Shown here: in pieces, positions 25,951-38,999 of the stretch
Numbering within the stretch: position 1 is the stretch's first letter
How the letters are laid out: each line of letters starts with the position of its first letter
Assembly (NCBI GenBank): GCA_036172245.1
Contig: JAYWIR010000027.1
Location: 248,001-312,000 of the forward strand
Reading direction: 5' to 3'
Source: Raillietiella orientalis
Lineage: Eukaryota
Length of the DNA: 64,000 nt
Notes under the pieces: model-generated
What the model saw: only the letters and a program-made list of their open reading frames with translations
What the model was told of the DNA's origin: nothing
Database searches by the model: none
Position numbers and translations under genes: made by a program

Positions 25951-26399
25951 GGGAAGCTGCAGACGTCTCTTCCGATGGCCCCGCCCTCGCCTCCTCTGCC
26001 ACCAGCTCAGGCGCGCCCTCTCGCGGGAGCAGACCGGTGGTCCAGCGTTCCTCTCGCTTCCCCCTTTTTCACCTCTTCCTTTCGCCTATTTTCCCGGTGA
26101 CAATTGCGTCAACAGCACGTGGCGCCGCGGATACTCGCGCCTTCGGGTCAACTCAGGGACAGATCAATCAGTCCGCGAAGCCACGTTCCCGATCCCTCCC
26201 TGAAGGACTGCAGAGCAGTAAGATGCTAAGCGGCCCGGAAGACGCTCCAGATGAGAATTCTTTGCTGTGGTGATAAGCGCTTCCAGAGATCACCTCTGCG
26301 AAACCCATGCTTTGGTCACCAGGCAACGCTTCTGGATTCAGCAACGGTCTTCGTTCCTCCCTCTCATCTGGGGTGGCATTCGCAGGCCGTGCTTTGCCT

Positions 26400-27620
26400 T
26401 GCAGGAGGAAAACGAGGAGGCTGGAAGGAGAAGACCAGTGGGAGCGAAGTTTAGGAAGATAAATGGAACGGGTGTTAAGGAGGACGAACGGGAGGAGAGT
26501 TCAGGAGGATCAGCCGAAGGACAAATTAGGGGAAGAACGACAATGATTAAAAGAATGAGGAGTAGGGCAGTCAGGATGAAGACCAGCAGAATATTGGGGG
26601 AGAATCTGAGGTACGGTCGGACTGTCCCCGATGGATCCGGAAGCCGCTAGACCGACGGGGGAGGAAGCGGAGGGACTTCACGGAGGCAAGCGACCTCATC
26701 CCTCGCTGGATCCCTCGAAGGCCAGGATGGGTCGCTTTGGGAGCTCAATAGAGAGTCTCGGGGAGGGTCTCCGGGAGGCATAGCCTCGAGAGGGACCCTG
26801 GAGCTCCACTTCGGAAGGCGGCCCAGGATTCCCTGGACGAGTGGAGGGTGGCTTGTTCCCCGAGGTGAGAGACGGGTTGAAGGATGAAGGGGAGGGAGCA
26901 GAGAAGCTGAGGGATCGATTGGAACCGGAAGCTGTGCCGTGACCTCAGGTCACTCCAGCAGAGGTCGCTGCTGGTCGCCTTCCCCGAAATCTCTCCAGTC
27001 TCTGCAGCCCCAACGCACGAACGGCCTCTTGGCGGACAGGGCGCTGATGGCGCCCACCCAGTGCCCACCGCTCCGTGCTCCCTGCTCGTTTCCCTCCCTC
27101 CAGGGACTCTCTGACGAGCAGGGAGGTCCGGTGGTGGTTCTCCCTCTTAAAAGGTGAGAAAGGGGAAAAGACTGCAGGGACTCCCTTTTGGTTGCCCTTC
27201 GCGGATTTCCGGGCTCAAACATTCCCCGGCCTCCCCACCAGGGGACCTCGGGACTCTCCGGACTGCCAAAGGGAGAGGGAGCGATGCCCGCTCTTCCGCA
27301 GCGTGCGACGCTAGCGAGAGCCGGAGCAGATGCTCCGTGACCGAGGGGGAGGGGGACGCGTCCCTCTTCCGCTCGCCGTGCCCCTCTTCCTCCTCTCCAG
27401 AGGTCCTCGCCTCCTCCACGCGCGACTGCGCGCCAACGCGGGACGCACTCCCGCCAGCGCCGCGGGGCTTGCGCGCGCGCAGCTCCGGCGCTCCTACTTT
27501 CCCGTCGCTCGTCGGGATATTCCGGGGACGATCAATTCCTGTTCATTTCACGAAGTGTCCCCTGCAGGGATGACCCGCTCCCGGGAGCACGGGCGCATCG
27601 TGGGAACCGGACGGGAGAAG
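26400..27620 (-). pseudogene. nairovirus N-like copy
   Basis: PFVRWG, SWAAFRSG...PETLY, AGLHPDCPT. Confidence 0.5.
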
Positions 27621-28399
27621 AAGACGACGACGAGGAGGGCTGCTGCCACCTCTCGGGTGAGTCGACGAACTCTGCCTGCCACCTCCCACCTCACCTCCCG
27701 TCTCGCTCTGCGCCCATCCCGAAAATTCCCACCCTGCCATCCCCTTCCTTCCTTTTCCTTCTTCGCGCAGCCGACATGCCCGGAAGAGGTGGCCTTGAGT
27801 CTCAGGGGTGGAAGGGACACTCTCCCGTCCCCAGTGGCTCCTCCTCCTCCTCTTCCTTCTCCTGGACTCTGTGGCTCCGCGTCCATCTCGGGAGGGAGAG
27901 ACCCGCGGTCCGCTTTTACGAAAGGGAGAAGGGAGCTCACCTCCGCTCCCCGGCTTTCCTTCTTCGAAACAGGCGCGTGAGGGACAGCAGATGGGGGAGG
28001 AGAGAGCGCTAGGCGCCTCTACCGTTCCCCCACCCCACCCCTGCCCCCGTGAGGCATCCGTAGAGGAAGGGAGGAAAGGGGAGCGGAGAAATTTTCGTTG
28101 GAGGAAGAGGTCACGGGCTGCCCGCATCCCGCTGATGGGTTAGCTCGCCCTGAGCACGAGTCCCGTTACCCTTCCTTTCTCCTTCCTCGAGTCCCCCTCC
28201 TCCTGATCTGCGCAGCCCACCCCGGAGGTCGGAGGATCCCGAGAGGGGTGGAAATGGAGAAGGCTATCTCTCCTTCACGGATGAAGAGATCGCCTCCTCG
28301 AGGAGGTGACGTTCGACGGAGGTCGGATGGGGAGCTCTCCTTCCGGTCCGCCGTTGGCTGCTCTAGGGAGCGGCGCCAAGGAGGAAAAGGCAGCGGGCG

Positions 28400-28900
28400 G
28401 CTGCAGTAGAAGGGGGAGGGCAGTAGCTTAAGGGGTGTGTGGGGATAGGAATGAGAAGGAGGAGCGGCAGCGATGCTTTCCGTCTTCTTCTGCTCTCGGG
28501 CCTCTAATACCGGATTAGGGATGCCGGCAAATCGCGGGCGATGGCTACTCAGCCTCAGCGACGTCCCGCCAGCGACCCCTTTCCTCCCCCTCTCCCCCTG
28601 TCCTGTCCTTTCTCCCCAACGGAGCAGCGACGCGGAGGGACCTTTCAGTTGGCTGCTCGGGAGTCCCGACGAACCGACTCGGGATCGGCTCCACTCGCTT
28701 GCCTTCGGGGTGGGAAAAGGGGGTGAGGAAAGGGGAGAGCGACGTACGAGTCCTCTTCCCTGTAACTCCCAGACAACGTCTTTGGACGCCGGGGGAAATG
28801 GGGGTGGGGGTGCTCCGAGCGCACTCTTTTGCTGAGCGCTCTGCTCGCGTGATCCTGGCTGGGTCCTCAGCGCCGGCGGGAGGTGCGTTTCTGCCAAGCT
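28400..28900 (-). pseudogene. nairovirus N-like C-terminal fragment
   Basis: REQSAQQKSA vs RAQ(S/G)AQIDTA; PFPPASKDVVWELQ. Confidence 0.55.
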
Positions 28901-30249
28901 CGGGGTCGAGGCTCTGCACGAAGAGCAGTGGGGGAGAGCCCCGGATGCAGGAACCACTGCAGGGGAACTCCGAGAAGGAAGGAGGGAAGACTGGAGGGAA
29001 GTGACGTGACTTCTCCCTTTCTCCCGGGTGGCGCGCAGAGCATCATCTGCAACCGCCCCGGAGATGAGTTTTCGTCCTCCGCCGCCGCCACATCCCATTT
29101 TTCTTCATCAGGAATCGATTCGTTTTCCCCGATTTCAATTTCCATGTTCCTTTAATTTTTTTTTGTGTCGTTCTCCTTCCCTTTCCTCCAGGATTCCCGC
29201 TCCTCCCCCTTCCTCTCACTCCTTTGAATCCGAGAGGGCGGCTGTGCTCCTTGCTTCCGGAGGTGCGAAACTCGGCGATGTTTCCCTCCATTCCTCCCCT
29301 CCCCCCTCCCGCCCGCCCTCTCTGCCTCCAAACAGCTCTCCGCGTGCCCGTCTGAGCCGTCGTCGTCCTCGCAAGCGGAGACCTCTAATGAGGTTCCCGG
29401 ACGGGTTCAGGGGGGTTGGGTGGGCTCCGAAGGACAACCCACCTCCCAACCCTCTTCTCTGCCACGCGTCTTCCCGGTCCCTCGACCGGCGTTCCGCCTC
29501 CCCCTCTCCCGGCACAGGCCCGCCGCCGCACTCGGGTCGTCGTGCGGTCCGCCGCTAATTGCCCATCCGGAATTCGCCCGAGACGCCTCGCTCTCCCCCT
29601 CTCGTTACCGTTCCAATTTCGAGCGGTCCTGGAGGCTGCACGGTAATCAAACACGTGGAAAAAAGTGCCGTAATTATCGATCCCCCGACACCCTGTCATA
29701 TTCCCTGGATCGGAAGGGAGGGAGCGCGGATCGGAACGCTCTCGAACCATCCGAGTTAATAACCATTAATTAAAGCGCATTAATTGAGGGATAATGGGAG
29801 CACTCGCGGAGGAGAATCCGAGAGGATTTTCATCCACCCGATCCTCGCCATGAGGAGTTAATTCCCGGAGCGGGGGGGATTCCGCAGCGAGGAAGCGAAG
29901 GCGACAACGGTTCCTAGGTTTCGCGGCAAGTGGGTGTGTCCGTGACCGAAACGGCGCTCCGCCGACGCTTCCTCGACGACTGGCAGAGAGAAGGACGCGT
30001 CCAGGAAGATTGATCAGAGTTCCATGTCTGCAACCGGGAGGACAGCCCCGCAGCTGTTTGCGCGGGAGGACCGCGGAAGGTCCTTTCCTCTTCTCTTTTT
30101 TCCCTTGCACGCCATCCTCGTTGCGATTTGGGCTCCCAGCCCTTTCAATTAAAGCCTTCTCGCGGATGGCCCGGTGCCTCAGCAGGCCTTCCTGCGCTTC
30201 CACTCGCACTGCCAGTTTTTCGAAAGAGGCGGTTCAACTCCCGGTAACG

Positions 30250-31770
30250 TTGGGGCGTCTATTATAAAAAAAAAATAACAGACATCCACGTGTAGGGCCG
30301 TCGGTCCTACATCGTCCCCAAATGCTCGGAAGCTGCACGCAAACCGGCGAGGTTCGCCTCGGCAGCGGAGGAGCAAGCAAAAATAAAAATAAAATAAAAA
30401 TCAATAAAAAAAAAAAAAACACTCTGGAGGACCCGGGAGGGGATCACGGTCCGCTGGAGGGCGTCCTCTGCATCCTTTCCAGGATGCCGGCAAGTTCCGT
30501 CCGAGTGTGGGTCCCAGATGGGGTCATCTTGCTGCCGTCCGCAGGAAGCGCAGGACGAAGCAGATGGCGTCCCTATCGCGCCGTCCTCCTCTCGGGTAGC
30601 TCCAGGCCGCCACAATTCCACGTAGGCAGCAAAGAGCTGCTGGCGAAAGGCATCGCGCACGGAGAGGTACTTCATCACGTCCCTGGGATTGTCCGTCGGT
30701 ACACCATGGGCCGTTGCGTAACGCAACCGCAGGGGCCGGAGGGCAACACAGTCTACGAGCAGGTGCGGGAGCTGGGATTCCCGCTCTCCGCACCTGCAAC
30801 AGTCCGGGTTCACAACCCCCCGGGTCCGGTGGAGCCGGCGGGCGTTGAACGGGAGACCCCAGTGCAACAGTAGAAGTACCGACTCCTATCAATTCAGGGG
30901 GAGGACTTGATTGTTCTTCAGCTCTGGGGCACTCGAGGTCTTCCTGAGGGATTCCCAGCAGCTCATCCCAGAGCAATAGTCCCTTCGATGGGGCACTTGG
31001 GGTCGCAGCATCCGTGACCTTCGCCCTTTCATCGATTTCGCAACAGACTTCCCATTTGTCCGGCTGGTTACTGCCCAGATGCTCCTCCCTGAGGGAAGCA
31101 GTGCTGTGACCAGGGAAGTTCTTTGCGCCCACGCACTCGTGGTGGGCCGCACAATGACGTCCTGCAGCGACCGGTTGTTGTAGAAGGGAGTGGAGCAGTC
31201 GCTGCCGCATCTCCAGTCGAAAGACGCGGTGGCGGCTACCTAGGGACGCGCGCACGACCTCCGTCTTGGGAACAAACCTCGGGTTCTCTGGACTTCTAGC
31301 CGAGATGCCTGAAGGGGTGGCGTGCAATCGGTATTCTCCCACGGTTTCCGGTTCGAAACGGTGGTGGATTTTTCGACCGTACCTTCTTTTGGCCACATGG
31401 CCGGCATCGAACAATGCATCCGTTGGGCACGTGGATCGCGCCTCCACCCCTGTACCGAAGCACGGCAAGCGCCCCCATCGCACGTCCCCTTCATGGCATT
31501 GCGCGTCCTCTGCTCCGCCATCCAAGGAAGCATTTTCAGTCTTGCTGCCTCTCTCGGGGGTACGCGACCGCAGTAGACAGCGATTTCCGGAAGGGGGAAA
31601 CGCACCCGAGGTCTCTCGGGAAAAAGTCCCACGGCTGGCGAATAAGCAGGCCGAATGCTCTTGCAGTTTCGGGTGCAGATGAAGAGGAAGAAATCCCTGG
31701 CGGAGGGAAAGAGGGAATGCAAGTCGCACCGGAATCCCAGCCGAAGAGACCATGTGGGTGGCAAGCAACT
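30250..31770 (-). mobile_element. 5'-truncated non-LTR retrotransposon (RT tail, RNase H-like, CCHC finger, 3' UTR), degraded
   Basis: NPDCCRCGERESQLPHLLVDC..LR is a CX2CX8HX4C finger. NFPGHS..EIDERAK resembles the RNase H WVPGH..ADELAK motif. The 3' UTR is shared with 1270-1821. Confidence 0.8.
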
Positions 31771-31799
31771 CGAAGAGATGAGTGAATCGATCTAAGCGG

Positions 31800-32100
31800 T
31801 CATCAGTCTTGTAACCAAAGCGCTCGTGGGTGTCCTATGACAACGGCCCCGGAGCTCAAGGACGGAAACCCGGAGAAACGTGCTGTGCCGCTCGAAAAGC
31901 CCCTCGTCCACCGTGCTTTGAATGATCGACACGTGAAACCGGGAATCGCAAGCGGAAGTGTTACGAAAGAGCTGTCATGCCGATTAGGAACGGTTCCTCC
32001 GCCGCCGCAACCCGGCTCCACATGCCTCAACCCCGTTCCTCTGGGAAAATAAAAAAATGACGTTGACGAGGGAAACAAGCAAGCCGGGACCGGGATTACG
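31800..32100 (-). pseudogene. nairovirus N-like fragment
   Basis: FPSSTSFFYFPRGT vs FPTVSQFLFE..PRGT. Confidence 0.42.
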
Positions 32101-33499
32101 TCTTCCTGGATCCTGCACGCGTGTTTTCCGTCTTTCCTGATTGTTCTTCGGATCCGTTTGCTGGAACTGCAGCAAACAGATCCTGTTCGAAGGGGCTGTT
32201 CGTCTCCTCACCGTCTGGCGTGCCGAAGACTTGGTTTCACCCCCTTCTCATCAGAAATTTGTTCGCCCCGTTGAAACCCAGACCTCTTGGACCTCGGCTT
32301 CCCTCTTCCTCTTTTTCTCTTCCTCTCTTCGTGTATGTTTGCCAAGATCTGTTGTCTGCCGCACGCGGAAGAGCACCCGGAGGTTTCTCGCAACTGAAGC
32401 ATGAAAGCCTTGCATCTCTCCCGTACCGCGCTGGTACCTGTTGGTGCCACATGCACCCATTTCTTCTGATCTCCGAGGGGTTTTTCAAACCTGCAATCGC
32501 AGGATCCCCCTTCCCTTCCTCCTCGTTTTTTTATTTTTTCCTTTTTTTGTGCTGAGAATGAGATGCAATTTTTCTTCTCCTGTCGCTGTCCTGGAAACCG
32601 GAATCAATCTCCTCTCCCGTTTGCTAGCGGTGGCAGTAAATCTCTGCAGACAATTTATCTCGAGCTTGTTTGCATTACTCCGTGCACTGTTACCATGGCG
32701 AGCCATTTATTTTCCCGTTCCTCCTTACCAGCCTTTATCTGCCTCTCCACAGCTACAGAGGATTGAAATGTCTTTGCATGAAGGTCGGCGCTCATTCCTG
32801 TTATTGGGTCTCGAACTCCGTCTTCCCCTCAGAGTCTACGGGAGGAGGAGCGCGCACGGGAAACGGTGCCGGCGGCGGATCGGAGACAAGAACCGGAAGT
32901 GGCCTACCGGAAATGAACGGGCATTCAGGGAGCGCCGTCACGGCGAAACGCGGAGGGCGTTTTCCCGCCTGCTTATCGGTCTCGGGGCCGACACGAAGCC
33001 CCACGATCGGTACAGCCCGCAAGGGCGAGCTCTGCGATGGATCGACGCGTTCCTGTCGCGCCGCAGGTTTGATTTACGCCTCGGTTCCGACGGGGCCTGA
33101 GGGGCGCGGGAGCGTTTCCACGGGACCTCCGACGGTTTTCCCGGTTTTCTGTCTCCCTCGCGCGCAGACTCCGGGGTCGCCCCATGCGTGAAATGTTCCA
33201 GAGAAAGGGTTCGGAAGCGAGCTACGGCCGCCCTCGGGCCGAAAGTGGCTGCTTTAAGACTTTCCTCTCGATTTCTCTTCCTGTAGCGAAAGGCGCTTCG
33301 CCGCTCAGCAGCCTCCCAGGCAACCGTCCGCCAGCTTGGCTGTTGGAGGATAAAGAATTCGTTTTTTTTTTTTTTGCTGGCGTCTTCTGACTTCGCACGT
33401 AGACTTATACAGGAATGGGAGTCGACGTGCGAAGGAAACCTCGCGTGTCTTAAGAGCGGCATCCGCTTGCGGAGTCAGGCACAGGAGAGAGGCTCGGTT

Positions 33500-34400
33500 C
33501 GGGGATAGGGGCAGGGGGAAGGGGGGAGAAAGAAATGGAAGAAGAGGAGGAGAAGGAGGGAGGATTCCCTTCGTGAAATGCGGAGATATCCAACGCAGCG
33601 AAGATTTTCTCCTGTGAGTCTTCCAGCTTGTCTTCCTTTGCACCAGCGAGGGTGCCCACTGCCCACTGCTCTGACAAACGCTGGCGGAAACGCGACCGAG
33701 GAGCAGCGAGATGAAGAGTCAGGAATGCAGACCATCCTACCCGTGCTTTCTCCTTGACTGGCTTTCGCGACCTCGCACGCCCTCCCCTTCCCTTCCTGTC
33801 TGAGATTCTCCGAAAGTCACCCTGGAACTCGATGCCCGGTGATGATTCCGGAAAAGCAGCAGCTACCCGATGGCTGCTCCACCATCTGCGACCTCGAAAA
33901 CACGATAGAGTGCCTTTGATGGCATAAAGAAGCTCCACAGAACTTGCCCTCCTCCTCCTCCTTCAACTTGATCCCTCAGGGCAAGGAAGAAGGGTGAACT
34001 CATCTTCCCAATTCCATTTCTTCTCCATCCTCTTACTTTGTTCCGTCTTGGGTGCATCGCTCCAGAACTTCGCCTCGGGGTCCCAGAAGAATTCTCTGTC
34101 CGCCATCTCGCTTCGGAGTAGATCAACCAGGCGGTTCCGCGGCGCCGTGTCAACTCCTGGAGTGGCCGCTGGTGAGCCGTCTGCAGCGCCTCGGTATTGT
34201 CCCCCGTCCGGTAGCTCTCGCACTCGACGCGCCAGCAAAGAAGAGGAGGTATCCGTTACGTCTAACGAGCCTCCTGAGATGACAGTTCGTGTTCCATCAA
34301 AGAGCAGTTCTTCATCGTTCGGAGATTGCTGAGGTACTGCGGGAGGTGTGCCTCCGAGGCTGCTCACGCACATGGGTCCCCCGAGTGGGAGGAATGGCAA
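33500..34400 (-). pseudogene. nairovirus N-like copy
   Basis: SPNDEELL, GSLDVTDTSSSLLARRVREL, DPEAKFWSDAPKT, AAFPESS. Confidence 0.52.
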
Positions 34401-34799
34401 GCGAGGAGCGAGCACGTTACCAAGCTTCCAGCGGGGACTCCTTCGCTGCCTCCCAGGAAGGGAGGAGCAGAGGCTTCTGTTCGCCGTCCACTCCCCCCTG
34501 GTCCAGAGGCAATGCCTCCTTCCGCAATTCGAGAAGGTGCGGAACCCCCCTGGGGGACTTTCTCCTTCGCACGAAAATGCCGAGTGGGACGAAGGTGGGG
34601 AGGGGGGGAGAAGGGGCACAGGACGCCCGCGGGCGGAAGGAAGGTCGGGTGCATCCAGCGGCCGGCAGCCCCGCGCTGCTTCGCAAGCCAGTGGCCACCG
34701 AAAAGGGGGGAAATAACTCGATAAGGAAGACCCCCTCCGGCAATCAGGGGGAACTGACACAACTGCGCGAGCGCGTTTGACCGACGCGAAGGACGCGGA

Positions 34800-35820
34800 A
34801 GGATCGACTTGGCGAACAGGGGCTGCCGCGACAGTTCGGTTTCTCTAGCGGCCTTCGATGGCCGACGGCGCAGTCTGAGCAGTCGCCGAAAAGGAAAAAT
34901 CGAAAACAGTGGGGACCCTGTCCAACCTTTCAGCATCTCCAGGAAATGCGTCTGGAGTACTTCCAAGCTTTGCAGCCTGCGTCGCCACTGCCGGACATAT
35001 CGACGGGGAAGCCACTTTACTGCTGGTAGTGGGGATCGGAGGTGGGGGGAGGGTGCTGCACCTTCAGCTCTTCGGACGAGGTCAGATCTGATCTGAGACT
35101 CGAAAAGCTCGGACTCCAAAAAATGGTGCCGTATCTTCTCGAAGTTTCTTTTTCTTTTGTCGTAGCCTCCTTTCCTCCCCCCCCCCTCCTTACCCTCCTT
35201 TTTTTCTCCCGTCTCCCTCCTCCCTTTGAAACCCCATCTCCATTTGAAAACCAGACGGACGAAATTCTGGACTTTCGGGATGTTTGGAGACAATCCACCA
35301 AGCCTCATCCCCTCCATGTTGTCCTCCTCGCGAATCTCCCTGTGGTTCGGAAAGAGGAAGAGGAGTTGTCGTCGTCGCCTACTCCATTCCACGCGGGCAG
35401 GTCAAAACTTCGGTGACATTCCCTAGGGTTTCACCTTCGGGACCCGGAGGAGCCTACGACTGTCTGGAAACGGATCTCTGACAGGTGTGGACTTCCTGCA
35501 GACCAAGGACATTCGCGAGGAATGGGACGCGAGGCGGTGAGGGGAGCAGGAGACGGGGAGTTCTGGATCTCGGTGGTTGTCCTGACAACAGCAACACACC
35601 ACGGTTCTTCGGTTCTTGAGGTGCACGCGCTTCGAAAAGTCGGCCACAGCAGCGAAAGGGCCGAGAACCGCAACGCACTGGCACCCTTCCCCTCCTTCCA
35701 TCCAACCGGTGAGCGGCATCCTGTCTGACTTGGGTGGAGGTGGGTCGAGGTCCATCGTCCTCCTCCCACTTTCCCGGGAAGGTTCCAAGCTCGAATTTTC
35801 ATAAGGAGGCACCTCCCCGT
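34800..35820 (-). pseudogene. nairovirus N-like copy
   Basis: PPYENS, VRRAEGAA, KGWTGSPLFSIF. Confidence 0.45.
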
Positions 35821-36199
35821 TCCTCCGAACAGTAAATGCCGGTTAGCCGGGGTGCGCCATCCTGGAGAGCTGGTGGAGTGGGCCTGGAGAAAGGGAGCAG
35901 GTCGCTGCGCTTCGGTCGGTCGGTGGGTGCAGAGCCCGTCTCTTCGCTCGCAAGCGAAGAGACGGGTTCATTGCTTCAGCCTTCTCCAGGGAACCGCATC
36001 ATCCACGGCGGCATCGCTTGCCATCTTGGGAGGAAGCTCTTCGAGGACCTCTTTGGATCAGCAGGAATGGTTCCCATCGACCTCCTCCACACAATAAGAG
36101 ATTCGAAACTACTGTGGTCGCGTCGCCAACGGGCACAAAGATGAAGTAAAGAGGAGGCAACTTTGGATCTTTCCGGAAGGAGAATCCCCTCTCCCCCCC

Positions 36200-36700
36200 C
36201 AAAAAAAAAGAAAAATTAGAAAAGTAGGCAGAGATAAGCCGCCCCCATTTTCTCGAGAAGCAAAGCTGGCAAGAGTGCAGTGGGAAGAAAAAGAGAGGAC
36301 CCAGAAGGGTCTCGAAAGTTGCGCGGAGTTCATCGGTTCACTCCAAGCCGGCGTCCCTTCAGGAACCATCGCGAGACCCCGAATTGGAGAGGCTCTGGTT
36401 CCAGGGACTCCGTTCGGCTCACTTGGATTCGATTTGCTTGGCATAACTGCGTTTCCTGGAGCGTTTTCTGATGCACCACGCCGTGCGCCCCCATTTTTCC
36501 TTCGTCGTTTTTTGGTTTCTGGGAATAACGGAAACTCGGGGATGCATGGAGGGTGCGCCGTACGCTTCCCGCGCCATCAGGTCGGTACAGCGGAGATCCC
36601 GGGACTCATCTGGCTGAGCAGTGTGATGGTCCCTGGAGGACAGAGAACTCACCTGCACGATGACTCCTAAAGAAAGGGACCTTGAATGTTGGTGTCATCT
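36200..36700 (-). pseudogene. nairovirus N-like C-terminal fragment
   Basis: SMHPRV, MPSKSNPSE. Confidence 0.4.
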
Positions 36701-37079
36701 CTGTGCCATGCCTGAAGGAGGAAAGAGGAGGGTAGGGGGGAACTCGAAACCCACGACGCACCCAAATTCTCGGTGTCGATCCTCTACCAACCCGCAACTC
36801 TTGTTACCGCATGCGGAGGCCGTAGCTACACGGCCACCGACGCGCGCAAAATAAAACGCCAGTAGAGATCTCCCGGGGAGATCGCCACTATTGGCCTAGA
36901 ATGCTGGAAACTTTTTAAGGTTTTACTGTTTCCCTTCCGGCTTTTTCTCTTTTTTTTTCGGCTCGACCAAGTGCTGGAGAACCGTTCGCCTCCTCTGGGG
37001 GCTCACCGAGCTCTTACATTGTGTTGTGTCCACGCCACGCGGAAGTGCGTGTTACAACTCTTCAAGTTGGAGAGTGCCC

Positions 37080-37480
37080 TGGGGGGGGGGGGGATCATAT
37101 CATGAATCCAGGAAGAACCCGGAAGAAGGGGTGTGCTTTGGGGAGGGAACCCCTCGCCATAGTTGTCTCCGGAAAGGGTTCTAGGAGACCACTACTCATT
37201 TATTCCTTAAGGGATGCTGCCCAGTTTCTCTAAAGGACGCTCCCCGAAGGGAGCAGCACGCTTCTGGCATTCTGGAGAGGTACCCCTCCTAGGCAAGTAT
37301 CCACGTTACCGCGGCTCCATTTTCACAACCGGAGGGGAGCCCCAAAAGGAACCGACTCCTTGATTCCTGGGAGGATCCTGGAAGGTCAGCTTCCAAATCC
37401 CAGCCAGCCAATGGGAAAATTCCAGAATTTGACCAGTGCCACATCCGAATAGGTCACCAGCGTCTTCCTAAGAAAAGGTT
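37080..37480 (-). repeat. SINE-like repeat, partial copy
   Basis: cgctccccgaagggagcagc...cacaaccg..gactccttgatt matches 7950-8110. Confidence 0.65.
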
Positions 37481-37539
37481 GGAAATGGGGGGGTATCAGA
37501 GCCTAGTTCGATTTCCACGTAACAGCCCACCGCGCCAAA

Positions 37540-37800
37540 ACCCTTGAAGAGCAGCCGAAGAGACGAAACTCCCTTCCTTCACCTTAGGTCGAACGTGCAG
37601 GTGGACCAAGGGTGCCTGCTCGACGAAGGACGCGTCTGCTGCTCTGCGCTCGCCTTGGCCTCCAGCCCGCGTGGCACCGCACGGAGGCGTGGTGCGAAAG
37701 AGTCGCGTCCTGCTTGGCAACGGAACCCGAGAGCTCCTGTCCGTCACCGTGAATTCCTTCTCCTCCACTTCCGGCCCCGCTCTGCTCCGTACCGACCACT
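37540..37800 (-). pseudogene. nairovirus N-like fragment
   Basis: AADASFVEQAPLVHLH vs FADDSFQQNRIYMH. Confidence 0.42.
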
Positions 37801-38419
37801 GGTCACTCTGACCGCCAGGTGGGAGCATGTGCCCCCTTTTTTTTTTTTTTCATTTCACCCCTCGCACCGTGTGGCCACCGCGCTGTCGGGTCGTCGCTTC
37901 GTGGCGCCGAGGGTTTGGGGCCGTCTCTGGACGGACTAGCGTGCAGGACGGGGCCTCGTGGGGAGTCAAGAGGGCGCAAGGTCTCGCCCCCCCCCCTTCC
38001 GGCGATTACATCTCTCTGTCAGCTGCATCCACTTGTGTGAGTCCACGTTGCACCAAGTCAGGGAGACCCGGTGGTGGCCTCTCAGACTGGCGTGTTCGCA
38101 GTAATCTCCACGTAGTACTGCGCGCAGTGAGTGCTGCTGGTGCCGTTGTCCCGGTCGGAGGCACTCCCGTAGTACATCCCAGTGGTCGGGCAGTAGGTGT
38201 CCGCGGCGAGTACCACCCGGAACAGGTCGTCGTGGGCAGAGTAGGCACCCTCGACCTCCTGAAGCTCGAAGAGGATCGAGGAGGTCAAGTGGTGCAGGAC
38301 CACCAGGCCAATCCAGTGCTTTCTGGCTGGGGAATTGAACCCCGAGATGTACAGAGTAGGTCCAGTTCCTGTAGAATTTTTCGCTCCCATCCTCCCGCCG
38401 TTGCACCAGGGTCTAGAAA

Positions 38420-38922
38420 CGCTCCTCTGCCTTCCAGCTGCACCACACCCTCACCGGAGGGAGCACCGCCTTCGCTGCGTCGGCGCGCGCTACCGGTGCC
38501 ACGGGTACATCGGGACGACCTTGAGGTCGTTCAGACCGGGAACGAAGGTCGCTGCCTCGTGGCAGTCCCGTGGTAGGCTCTGGAAGATGACGTTGTTTGC
38601 AGGACACCAGCGTGCTCAGTCTCCGCTGCAGCAGGGCGGCATTGGCCATCAGCTCCTGGGACAAGTCCACCGTCCCGGGAGCTGATGGCCAGCACAGCAG
38701 TCTCCGTCTCTTCTCCAGGAACCCATCCTGGCCATTGCACACTCACGGCGACTGTCCATCTTGTGGCTTCAGTACCTCCGCCTTCCGGTCGCACCGCACC
38801 CTCAGCGGAGGAAGCGCCGCCTCCGCCGCCGCATCAACGCGCGCTGCCGGTGCCACAGTTACACCGGGACGACGTTGGGGTAGTTCAGACTGGGGACGAA
38901 AATCGCCGCCTCGTGGCAGTCC
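38420..38922. repeat. Diverged direct duplication of about 150 bp (38420-38570 and 38770-38922)
   Basis: Shared blocks ccggtgccac, cgggacgac, gttcagac, gcctcgtggcagtcc occur in the same order in both units. Confidence 0.8.
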
Positions 38923-38999
38923 GATCAGACAAGTGTTCCCGACAGTAAGATGCCTTTGTTACTTGTGTCTCTAGACGTGTTTGGCCTCTGGCCTCAGCT

